Source: Balanoglossus misakiensis (Eukaryota > Animalia > Hemichordata). From it: 64,000 nt of DNA. The notes beneath the pieces were generated by a model. That model did no database searches and had not been told where the DNA came from. It worked only from the letters and a program-made list of their open reading frames with translations. Where the stretch lies: positions 2,658,345 to 2,722,344 of the forward strand of contig CM082579.2 of assembly GCA_040954595.2 (NCBI GenBank). The letters run 5' to 3'. Position 1 is the stretch's first letter. The number at the start of each line of letters is the position of its first letter. The position numbers were made by a program, and so were the translations under genes. This document shows positions 13,001-24,910 of the stretch, piece by piece.

Positions 13001-13224
13001 GATCTTTCTGGCAGTTTTGGAATCAGACCCTGGAAAAAGAGAAACAATGAAGAATTAAAACTTATGAAAGTGTTTCAACAGTACATTCTATTCAAAGCTA
13101 TCAACACACCTGAAATTAATTAAGGAATATTAAACAACTTACCTGTGTACAAAATCATAAGTACAACAGACAGCATTGAAAATATGACCAGGCAGATCAT
13201 CACTTTCTTCAGCAGTACAGTCAT
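10023..13224 (-). CDS. METTL24: METTL24-like (Methyltransf_22/FkbM-like) type II membrane protein with two tandem domains; exons 13143-13224, 12813-13029, 12392-12536, 12045-12224, 11607-11729, 11321-11413, 10966-11198, 10584-10824, 10023-10382
   Basis: N-terminal signal anchor MTVLLKKVMICLVIFSMLSVVLMILYT. The C-terminal domain has DGGWDVC, CLVYSVGIGDDWSFDEAMAAYGCDVFAFDPS, IDILKMDIEGSEW, VKQLIFEIH and CCYEVAW. All exons join in phase, one through a GC donor. Confidence 0.8.
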
Positions 13225-13516
13225 TGTCACTCACGTATTTGACACTATCCTGAAGACCCAAACTCGTGAAGGATCATTCAGCTGGATTTTGAGAAAGAAA
13301 AAAAACGAGTTTCAAGATGTCATCATTTTAACATCATTACTAATTCAATGAACTATTTGAATGTAGCAGATCCCACAAGTTTTGAAAGACTTTTTAAAAC
13401 ATGAATAGCTGCAAAACTATACAGTTTTATAGTTCCATAAAGAAAACAAACTTTCAAAACAGATTTCTTGCCTGTGGCAGGAATCCAGCTGTTGTATGAT
13501 AAATAAAACGATGGCA

Positions 13517-13699
13517 TTAAAGCTATAATGTCTCAGAAAATGAAGTTGTACATTTTCATTAGTAGTGTATCTGAACTACAATTTATTTGTTTGTTGTGTT
13601 GTGTTGTTATTTTTCAAACAGGCATACATAGAGAGGTATTATGAATCATATTGTTGAATGTGGTTAATAATTAAATTTATGGAGACATTATAGCTTTAA
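13517..13699. mobile_element. Short non-autonomous TIR element (MITE), TTAA-flanked, Kolobok/T2-like
   Basis: TTAAAGCTATAATGTCTC (13517-13534) and its exact reverse complement GAGACATTATAGCTTTAA (13682-13699) enclose an AT-rich non-coding interior. Confidence 0.65.
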
Positions 13700-13899
13700 A
13701 CTATGCAGCAGTACCACAAATGAAACTGAATCTTATTTCACAGATCACGCAATTATTATTTACCCGATCCAGGATCTAAACGGTGAAAACGGCTACGACC
13801 CCCAATATTTGTGAACAGGTGAACAGTAACTTCGGTTGTACATCAAGGTCACCTTGCACCGGGTACACCTGTACGTGTACGTCCAGCCTATCGCATGAT

Positions 13900-14220
13900 G
13901 ACATTCATGGCAGAGAATATCGATCTTTTATACTGTTTGAGGTAAAGCCAGCGATGATCGGAAGCCTAAAAATACATGGTAGTCATGTGTAGCGTCATTT
14001 GAGATCTTTGTTCCGTTGCTATCTCAGGTCAAATCAGGACGCAGGGTTCCTGATGACCTTTGACCCAACTTTCATGAGGGCTTACCTTCTGACGTGACAA
14101 GGCTAAAATTATCAACAACTTAGGGATACCAGTATTTGTTCAATGAAAACAATCGTGTGGGGGCGCTGCTGATATTCCCGTTTCGTGCAAATAATATAAT
14201 ATTTACTGTTGTTTTATTGC
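13900..14220. promoter_or_regulatory. Probable bidirectional promoter shared by the METTL24-like and POLR1D-isoform-2-like genes
   Basis: CpG-richer interval between divergent genes, containing TGACCTTTGACCC (14054-14066) and TGACGTGAC motifs. Confidence 0.4.
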
Positions 14221-14222
14221 AA

Positions 14223-15365
14223 ATGGACGACGAAGAAATAGAAAAGTAAGTGTGAGAAGTTTCTAATATCAATACGGACGTATCATGAACGCTTTGGAGT
14301 CGATCTTGAAGATATGATTGACTGTTGTTTACGTAGCCTGAAGATGGAGGGACACCACATGCATACATGTACCCATGGAAACCAGGCCTATACGCATGGA
14401 TACATGTACATGTATACTGTTTCCGGATAATCGCAGTACATCCACGATACAGACCCTATATGACTAATTGAATTAATTATATTATTGTATCCCAAAAGGT
14501 TTGATTGAACATGAAACATCCTATTTTTCTCAGCTACACTGTGTTGTACTTACCTTGGTGTTTTATAAATCTTGATTTCTCGTTCAGACAGGCATTGCAG
14601 GAGCTGCTCCTTGAAGCAAAACGTGGCAAACTCAGAGCTGATGAATATGGACCTTCAGGATGGTAATTATGTGTATACTTCAAACTCTGAAGAATCACCA
14701 AAAATTACCAGACAGTAGGGGCCAGACCCTGCTTGTACTGTCTGTGAAATAACCCTCTAACTTGTCCTCGTGGCCTCATACATGTACTGGCAAGTTTACC
14801 TTTCCTATCTAGCAATAAAAGAAACCATGCCAATGCTTGCCAATCCCTCTGACTTCTTCTTTCAATTTGAATATCTCTTGTAACTCTCTTACTTGTTGTC
14901 TTTCTCAGGCAAAAACCCAGACTGCCACCAACCAACAAGAGATTTCTCAAGAACACACTTTTCAGTACACTGAGTGACCGCTCCAGGAAGAAGAAAAACA
15001 GGGAGCGACAGAGGGAGACGGAGAAGAGGTTGAGGGAGGAAACTCCCCCAAGAGAGAATTCAAGTCGTCATTCCACAGATTATACAAAAGAAAAGTATTC
15101 CAAAAGAAGGCATGACAAGCAACATGTTGATGAAAAAGTTGACAATTGTCCCCTTGATGGAAATGCTTCTGTTGAACATTTAGATGAGGAGGTGACCAAA
15201 CACTGCCATACATCTTCAAGACGTGAAGCAGGCGACATGCAGCACAAACACAAAAAACACAGGAAAAAACACAAGAGTCACAAAAAACAGCGGCACAAAC
15301 AAAGCAAGTTGCCATCTAGTATGTCTGATAAAAAGCGCAAAAGAAGATCGACTGAGTCGTCGTGA
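14223..15365 (+). CDS. POLR1D: POLR1D isoform-2-like small basic protein (not the RPAC2 subunit); exons 14223-14245, 14588-14662, 14909-15365
   Basis: Spliced product MDDEEIEKQALQELLLEAKRGKLRADEYGPSGWQKPRLPPTNKRFLKNTL parallels vertebrate POLR1D isoform 2 (MEEDQELERKAIEELLKEAKRGKTRAETMGPMGW...TNKRFLINT). It has a K/H/R-rich tail and an AATAAA near 15432. Confidence 0.8.
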
Positions 15366-16160
15366 GTGAAACGGAGAAGGAACTTGTATAGAAAAATGTG
15401 ACTAATATTGTTTTCGTTTGTTTTTCAAATGAATAAAGTAATAAAATAGTATCTGGTTGCTTTGTTAAGCCTTTCTCATTTGTGTTGACTAACATTACAG
15501 CGTCCTCTACGCCATTTCCATTCGTTTTCAAATCAATAAATTCATATTTAGTAAGCTAAGGGGTCTAATACGTCATTTCGGCGCCATTTCGAGGTCATTC
15601 AAGTTAAGGTCACAACACACGTGAGGTGAAGCAGTGATAGTGTTCAACAACAGGGTCAGTTACAGGTAAGTTTTACAGATAAGTTTTATCCAATATAAAA
15701 CAACTCTACTATTATAGTAGTAGGATAAGTTACAAACCTCGTTTTGCTGCTGTAAAAAGTGAAAGTAACTAACTTTGACGTTATTTTGCTAGCAGACAGC
15801 AAATAATACTCCCTGGTATAGCCCTGCATGTATAGACTATATAGAGCTAGAGTATATATATATACATGTATATATATAGAGAGAGAGGGAGAATAGAAAT
15901 AATGGTTGATCATTTGCTATTGTTTTACTAGACAGAATGGTTACATTAGAAATGTGTATAGTTATATAACTGGTAGTCAACAATAAATGATAAACTATAA
16001 TACCTGTATTGTTTCATCTTCATCTACTGCTTTGTGGTCAGTAGCCTCACTTATATAACACAGGAAACAGGTTACTGGTATAATTAAGCATTCTGCGACA
16101 TTTCATCTGAAAAAAAAATTCATTCATTCATTTAGATAATTGACAACGTGCAGGTGAAAG

Positions 16161-19100
16161 ATGGGAATTATCAGATATTATCGGATTCCTGCCCTCAATC
16201 CAGGAGCTCAAGAAGTAACTCTCGCAAAACTACAGAAGATTTTGACGGACTCCAGGATAGACTCACTAAAGACAGAACTCTGCTTTAATATCGATGTAGA
16301 AAAGGGTGGTAAGTGAGAAGATTTTCAAGGGAGAAAATTATTGTTTCAGAAATTTGGCCATTTTAAAATTATTTAAGTTACTGTGATTTTATACTAATGG
16401 TCTTTTTCTCCCTTTGTTTACTCAGCCACAGTATCTGTTGATGATCAAAAGAAATTACTATGGATCCTAACAACTCCATTTGAATCTCAGAACATTTCTA
16501 AAGAGTCATTTCTGACAAAAGACGGAACTGTTGAAAATGCCTTGCTTGTGGAGATTGGTCCCCGGTAAGTTGAGTAACTCATTTTGATGTAAAATCCAAA
16601 ATATGCCTGATTTCGGAAATAACTTGAGTGGACACTGGTTATAATATTTGAATGTTTATTCCAATGTAGATTAAATTTTTCCACGGCATGGTCAACCAAT
16701 GCAGTCTCCATATGCCACTCTGCCGGTCTGAGGCACGTGACCAGAGTCGAGGCCTCCAGGAGGTTTCTCATCAGAGTCTGCAGTAAAGACGGAGAGCCAG
16801 TTTCCATAGCAACTGATGAGGAGCAGCAGATCGTGGCCGCCCTGCATGATAAGATGACACAGTGCAGGTACAGGGAACCGTTGGAGAGTTTTGACATCAA
16901 TGTGAAGCCAGAGCCGGTCTATGATGTTGATTTGTTGGGACAAGGGAAGAAGGCACTGGAAAAGGCGAATAAAGATTTAGGTATGATACGTAAAATTTGT
17001 TTGAGATGATTTTTGATCAGAGAAGCATCTGAAGCTTCAAACAGATATTTATGACGATAATCAGGAATCTGCCTGTTTTATCCCTCCCATCAAGTGCTAC
17101 AATTTAATTTTTGTTATATAAGGAACTGACTGAGAATGAAACAGGTTGTTGTGATGTAACTTGATTTACGTCTGTGCCAGCATCAAGATAGATGACTAGG
17201 CACTGATGATACAACCCTTGGCTGTGTCTGAGCAACTTGTTTTCATCTCAGAAATTTCTGCCATTAACAACTTTACAGGTCCATTGCTCATCAGCTCAAA
17301 CCTTACTCAAAATCAGTAGCACCCAAGTTTGACTTCTCACCAAGTATAATTGTCATTTTCAGACAATATAAATAAAATTCATGGGGCAATTAACTTTTAT
17401 AGTTCAGTGACACAAACCCTTTTGTTTTTGGATGACAATAGAGAAAGAATAACCAGATTTGTTATATAATTTTTTGGCTTTGAGCTGTCAATTTAACACA
17501 TCCTGTTTGTGAGTGAACAATGGACTAACTGAATGGCCATTGTTTGTCAATTTCATGTCAGAACAAACTTATTCACAGACGGAAATCATGTATTGCCATA
17601 TGCATAAGAATGTAGTCTGTGAATATTTGCCTTGCTTGTGAAAAGTTTTATAAATTCAAAAATGGTTACTTGGTGTTTCCTTTATCACTGAATAAAAATT
17701 TTCTTTTGGCGCTTTTTGTGACAATTTATAGAAAATGATAACCATTTGCTACCTTAAGAGTTCATAAATCTTTCTGCCATTGATCTCAGGGTTGGCCTTT
17801 GATGACTGGGATCTGGACTACTACACTAACATGTTCACAGAGAGAGCAAAGAGAAATCCTACCAGTGTGGAATGTTTTGATCTGGCCCAGTCAAACAGGT
17901 GAGGATTTCTAATGGATTGATGGATGGATGGATGCCTACCTCTTTACAGTAGTTCATACATCGCCAATTTTCTGTGATAACATGTGCTACCTAACATGAT
18001 TTTTAAATTTTCTTGCGCCTAATTTTCCCGAATACTGTTTCTTTTACAGTGAGCACAGCAGACATTGGTTCTTCAAAGGTCGAATGGTAGTTGATGGGGA
18101 GGAACATGAAGATTCCTTGTTTAAAATGGTCATGAAAACACAGGAATGTAGCAATGACAATAACGTCATCAAATTCTCAGATAACAGCAGGTAAGTCTCT
18201 TGGTCTGATTCTGAAAGGACATTTACGTTTCTAAGGAACACTCAAAGTCAACTTATGTGTCCATCTGCAGCATACCTTAATACATATTCCCCTTGCATTC
18301 ATCTTCCACACAGTGCTATAAAAGGTTTCCCTGTGAAGTTGCTCTATCCTAATGACCCAGCCACAGGCAGTGCATTCCATGAGAAAGAATTACAACGCCA
18401 CATCATATTTACAGCTGAGACGCACAATTTTCCAACTGGTAAGTAGCTATCCCCTAGACATGCTACATGTAGTTGACATTACAGTGGGTTTGGATGGAAA
18501 TGATAACCAACTAGAAGCAGATGAAAACTCACACACCTGGGCCACATATTCCAATTTACAAAGATTTTCAAACTTTTTTGTAACTAGGTGTCGCCCCATT
18601 CAGTGGTGCCACCACAGGTACTGGAGGCAGAATACGTGATGTACAAGCTGCAGGCAGAGGTGCCCATGTTGTAGCTGGCACAGCTGGTTACAGCTTTGGG
18701 AATTTACTGATCCCTGGTAAGATTTTTCCCACTTAGATATTGATGGTAGAAAAACACTTATTGGATATCAAAATTTTCATTCTTGTCAAGGATTTTCCGA
18801 AGTTTATTTGACAGAGTACATAAAAGTCGTTCCTGATCACCAGTTCTGACGCCACTTTCACTTTTTTTGCAGATTACGACCTCCCCTGGGAGGACAAGTC
18901 TTTCAGTTACCCTGGCAACTTTGCCCCTCCCCTTGAGGTTGCCGTGGAGGCAAGCAATGGTGCCTCGGACTACGGGAACAAGTTTGGGGAGCCGGTGATC
19001 GCCGGGTTTGCCAGGTCCTTCGGCATGAAAGTGTCAGAGACTGAGAGAAGAGAATGGGTGAAGCCAATCATGTTCAGTGCTGGCATTGGTTCTTTGGATT

Positions 19101-22100
19101 ACCAACACATTAACAAAATGGCCCCTGAAGTTGGTGAGAAAAATGATACTGTGATTGTCATTAATTACTTTCCAAGTTAAAAACTTCTTTGTACACTGTC
19201 AAAGATTCATGAATTGTTTACATTTATTCACTCGCTGGATTTACATTTACCCCAGGTATGGAAGTGGTCAAGCTCGGTGGTCCTGTGTATCGCATTGGCG
19301 TCGGTGGTGGGGCTGCGTCCTCTGTTCAAGTCCAAGGAGACAACGCTGAAGAATTGGACTTTGGTGCTGTGCAGCGCGGTGATGCTGAGATGGAACAGAA
19401 GTTGAACCGCGTCATTAGGGCTTGCATCGAAATGGGGGACAGAAACCCAATATGTAGTATTCACGATCAAGGTGCAGGAGGGAACGGTGTGTGTTATTTT
19501 ATTACATTTTCCCCAACTATTAGTCACTGCAGGATTTAAGTTGATTTGCCAAACCCATTTCTGTACACCAAAGTGAAGCAATACCACAATTTGGGTCTTC
19601 AATTTCAGGCAATGTACTGAAAGAGATCTGTGAGCCAGCTGGTGCCATCATCCGAGTGAAGGAGTTCCAGCTGGGTGACCCGACCATCAACATTCTAGAA
19701 CTGTGGGGAGCTGAATATCAGGAATCCAATGCAATCCTGGTCAAGGCAGAAGACAGTCCCAAACTCAGACAGTTGTGCGAACGAGAGAAGTGTCCGGTTT
19801 CCTTTGTGGGAAGCATAACTGGTGATGGCAAGGTATGTTTGTTCAGAATCAAAATGTGATAGTTAATGCAATAACTACTAGTGACTATGTCATCAGTGAT
19901 ATCAGTGGCACATGTCTGCCTGTCTCTCTCTCTGTCTCTTTGTCTGTCTGTGATACAAATAACTATCTTTGTTTCAATATCTCGTCTCTACAGATCAGAC
20001 TTGAAGAAGTACACTGCCCTGACAAGGCCAGCGGTGATGCAGAAGAACGAACGCTGAAGAGGAAAAAGGAAAGCAGTTATCCAGTGGATTTAGAGTTGGA
20101 TCTTGTTCTGGGTACAATGCCAAGGAAGGTATGATTGTAATTTATGTGCAGTCCTAGTATATGTTAACTCAGTGCACATCAAGTTGATAAGAGTATTTTA
20201 ACAGATTATACATACTTTTCTCAAATTTTCAGGTTTTCAAAGTAGTCAGAATGAAGCAACAGCTGAAACCATTTGATCTGCCAGAAGTAACCATCCAACA
20301 GGCCCTAGACAGGGTCCTTAGACTGCCCTCAGTTGCCAGTAAGAGATATCTCACAAATAAGGTACATTGGTTTTGACGTCAGATTGTAATTTTTGCCAGA
20401 TGCAATTCAGAGATGGAGAATTATATCGCATTTGTTCATTATACACATTTTCTCTAAGAATTACGTCAGATTAATTTTCCTTTTGCAGGTCGACAGGTCA
20501 GTGACTGGGCTGATAGCTCAACAGCAGTGTGTAGGACCTCTTCACACACCTCTGGCTGATGTAGCGGTCACTGCATTGTCTCACTTCGACATAGTTGGTT
20601 CGGCCACAGCCATAGGAGAACAGCCAATCAAAGGTCTCGTAGACCCAGGGTGTGGTGCCAGGATGTCTGTGGCTGAAGCTCTCACTAATCTAGTGTTTGC
20701 CAGGGTGACTGCCCTCAAGGTTCGTGTTACATAGGATAATACCCCTTTCACCACAATGGTGTGGTCCAAGTCCATAACCATGCAATATTTACAGAAGTCC
20801 ACCAGTAACTCTTGAATAATTTGTTTGCAGGATGTCAAATGCAGTGGTAACTGGATGTGGCCAGCCAAGTTACCCGGGGAAGGGGCTGCCCTGTTTGACA
20901 CCTGCCAAGCGATGTGCAAAGTCATGAAAGAACTGGGTATTGCTGTTGATGGTGGCAAGGACTCGTTGAGTATGGCCGCCAGGGTTGGCACAGATACTGT
21001 CAAAGCACCTGGTAGGTATACAGCTTAGAAGGAGGGAATAGTGAATGGTCTGGTCAAAGGAGAATGTTGAAAACTAAAAGCAGTTGGCTAGGTTGATTCT
21101 AAAACCAATTTATACACAAATATCTCTGAATGCATGTGTTCTCTTCTTGACTTTTAGGTACTTTGGTTGTGTCAGTGTATGTTGGATGTCCAGATATCAC
21201 AGCCACTGTAACACCAGACTTGAAATGTCCTGGTGGAAAAGGTAAGTTCTCTATGCAAGACTGCATTTTGTTCTAAACATTCCAAAATATAATATTTATT
21301 TTCATTTACAAAAGTCCCATGCTAATATCTGGATCTGCCACCATGTAAATGCATGTTATTCCCACAGCTAAAAGAAATGTTTGTCTTTATTTACCAAAGG
21401 CAAACTCCTATGGGTGGATCTTGGCAGTGGTAAACACAGACTGGGTGGTACAGCCCTGGCACAGTGCTACAATCAGCTGGGTGATACTTCACCAGACCTG
21501 GATGATCCACAGCTATTGGTCAAGGCTTTCAACACAACACAGCAGCTCATTACAGGTAATGGTGCTCTCTTCACTTCATGATTGGTTAGAGATGGATCAC
21601 ATGTCTGTGCCAATTTCCATATATGGATGTTGCAATGGGCTTTTGGGTGAATGGAAACTTTGTCATTTCACAAGTAATGCGTCTTCATATTTTTCCTTTC
21701 TAGATAAACTCATCACAGCTGGTCACGACATTAGTGATGGAGGATTGCTAACCTGTATCATGGAAATGGCTTTTGCTGGAAATTATGGAGTTGATGTGAA
21801 TGTGAAAGCAGAAAACAGCGGAGGTGAGTGACTTTTCAGTCATTACATTGATCACAGAATTCTGCTTCTAATTGTTTGAACAGGGCATGGTGATAGCAGG
21901 TAGTGCATGAAAATTAGGAATGTTGTCTTGCGACGTGTTTGTAGCCTGTTCATAGAAAGTTGACTCCACCCATTATATGTACTTGATGTTGCAGTCTCTG
22001 ACTTGGAACTGCTGTTTGCTGAAGAGCTTGGCTTAGTGCTTGAGGTGGAAGAAACCACTGCTGAAACTGTGTGTCAGCGTTACCGAGACAATGGAGTTAC

Positions 22101-23993
22101 GTGTCACGTGATTGGCCAGTCCCAAGGTGAAGGGTCAAGTGCAAAGGTATGGTTTCACTGTCATGGAATTGGAATGGAACACTAAGTCCTATGAACTGTT
22201 ATAAGAAACACAAGAGATTCTGTTACTTTGGCAGACTATATCTTCGGAATGATTCTAGCAAAACACTTGATTTCATTACTGTTATAAAACTGTCTGAAAC
22301 TTTTGTCATGAAATCATTAGGTGACAGTATCTGTTGATGGCAAATGTGTCCTTGATGAGAGCATGACAAAACTCAGAGACATCTGGGAGCAGACGAGTTT
22401 TCGGCTGGAGAGACTACAAGCCAATCCTCAGTGCGTAGCTGTAGAAGAGGCCAATTTGGCTAACAGAACAGCGCCCCAATACAAGATGACCTTTGACCCA
22501 GATGTCAAACCAGATATTTTGAAGAGTGTTGCAGGCAAGTATTTTCAACAAAATGTGATGGATGTTCTTGTATCTGCAAGAAACTTCATGCCTTGCTGTC
22601 ACAATGATTTCTTTAAATTGTGTTAAGCTGTTCAACCGCAGTGTACTATAAGCTAAAACAGAAAAGTTTGACAACTGTGTACATCCACAGATTTGCCGAA
22701 ACCCAAAGTTGCCGTGATCAGGGAAGAAGGCAGCAATGGCGACCGGGAAATGGTTGCGTCGTTTCACATGGCTGGCTTTGAAGTGTGGGACATCAACATG
22801 CAAGACCTGTGCACAGGCAGAGTCACCCTGGATGGTTTCCGTGGCGTTGTCTTTGTTGGTGGTTTTAGCTATGCTGATGTTTGCGAATCGGCTAGAGGTC
22901 AGTGACAGAATCATCAAAGTCAGTGTGAATGCAGTCTGGTGTTTCGTGCAATAATGATGATGCAGCTATTATTAAAACACAATTTTTGAAGCAGAAATGA
23001 ACTTGTCATGTTACTTTTTTTCAGGTTGGGCAGCAGCTCTCCTCTTCAACCCAACTGTGCGTGCTCAGTTTGACGCCTTCCGTGCACGCAAAGACACTTT
23101 CTCCCTCGGTGTGTGTAATGGATGCCAGTTAATGGGTCTGCTGGGTTGGATTGCACCCGACAACTCTGGCGTTGATCAAGGTAAAAAATATTGAATGTTA
23201 CACTACAACAAATGTTCTGTTGCAATTACCATTTTCTGTTATAATGTACAAAAAATGTATTTATACCACCTGTAATGGATTACATTCACACCTCAATCTC
23301 TATTTTTCCTAAATGGATTCACTTTATTTCAACAGAGAATACTGAGTGTTCAGCCCATGCAAATCAAGGTGTTTTCCTGACTCACAACAAATCGGAAAGA
23401 TTTGAGTCGCGTTTTGTCACTGTGAAGATTCAGTCCAGTCCAGCAATGATGCTGAAAGACATGGAAGGATCAACATTAGGAATATGGGTTGCACACGGAG
23501 AAGGTAGGTGTTGTCGAGGTTCCGAAGGCAGCCATCTTGTTTTTCTTGCAGGAATTCTCCAAAGGGAAACTCGTACTACTATGAGACATCCAGCTGTTTT
23601 ATTCGAGCATTATAATCTCCTGCATTTAGCCTCAGTTGCGATTATATAATTTTGTTGCACTTTACTTTGGATGCAGGTCTCATGAAATTTGCCAATGACA
23701 GCATCCAGGAGAGAATAGAGAAGCACAACCTGGCACCCATGCGTTACGTTGACGACAGCGGTGAAACCACCATGCAGTACCCTTTGAACCCCAATGGCTC
23801 GCCCAATGGCATGGCTGCATTGTGCTCACCTGACGGCCGCCATCTTGCCATGATGCCTCATCCTGAAAGGTGCACTCTGACCTGGCAGTGGCCATGGATG
23901 CCACAGGGGTGGAAGAAGTCGGGAAGTGTGGTGTCGCCATGGTTACGCATGTTTCAGAACGCCTGTGCGTGGTGTCATGCAAACAGCTCATGA
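16161..23993 (+). CDS. PFAS: Phosphoribosylformylglycinamidine synthase (FGAR amidotransferase, large PurL), multi-exon
   Basis: Exons encode [96 protein letters not shown] (catalytic Cys), WVAHGEG and MMPHPER. Confidence 0.97.
17145..17236 (+). ncRNA. Box C/D snoRNA, SNORD92-like (SNORD53/92 family), intronic in PFAS
   Basis: Terminal stem GTTGT/GCAAC, box C variant GTGATGT (17151), internal C'-like CTGATGA (17203) and box D CTGA (17228-17231). The guide CCCTTGGCTGTG is complementary to the conserved LSU rRNA sequence CACAGCCAAGGG. Confidence 0.75.
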
Positions 23994-24910
23994 TGTTAGC
24001 TTCCTTTATATCTTTCTTTCAATCACAAAAATGGTATTTACCCGGTTACGGGTAGTGGTTTATGTCAATCCATTGGTAAGAAAATTGATTCCAAACAAAG
24101 AAGTGATCCAAGTTATCACATACATTTGATTTATGTTTTGATTTATTTATTTTTGTCCAATTTGGGAGAGGTGAAAATGTGGAGGGTTCCTATTTTGTCA
24201 AAGTTGATGTTCCCAGGGTTGTCTGTTTTAGTACAATGACACTTATGTCACACACACATTCAAAGCCCGGATATTCCGAAGGGTAATTGTTTTTGTTCAT
24301 CCCCACGGTTACCCTGTTTCAACACCAATGCAAGAAAATTAGGAAGAGCTCTTTTGTGAAGTTTGTAGAGCTGTTATGTTTGTGGCCAATGACCCAGAGG
24401 CTGCTGTATTTCTTTCAGAGTATTTATTCAGTAGTATTGCAAAGAAAACTGATTTATACTAGGATTGATAAATCACTGGGGGTGGCTCTCACCATATCAC
24501 AATGTTTTTTTGCAATGCAGAGTACATTTTACTGCCACTCAACACTTTCATGTCAAATGACAGATTCGTTTGCCAATAAACATATCAAAACATTTGTGCA
24601 CCACCACTTTAATATGTAACTGAAGTTAGATAGGGTCTATGAATGGATTTGAACAACTTGTTTCATGATATTCCCATCAGAAATTGACATTCCGGAACCC
24701 ATGTCGGTTGCGAATGAACAGCGCCCCCACTTTGACCATGGGATTGACCTTTGACCCGTATTCACTCTCTCGATACAAAATGTCTGGTTACGTGTTTGTG
24801 GTGTACAGACCATCGGAGATAAAAACAATGACCATGAAAGCCACCTCTTTTTAAATCGCTTTGGAGTTAACCCTGTCGAGTGGAAGGCAGGAAGGAAGGA
24901 ACAATCTGAA

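Noticed and set aside
14360-14420. Cluster of TACATGTA palindromes
   Set aside because: This octamer is scattered throughout the window's non-coding DNA and shows no higher-order structure.
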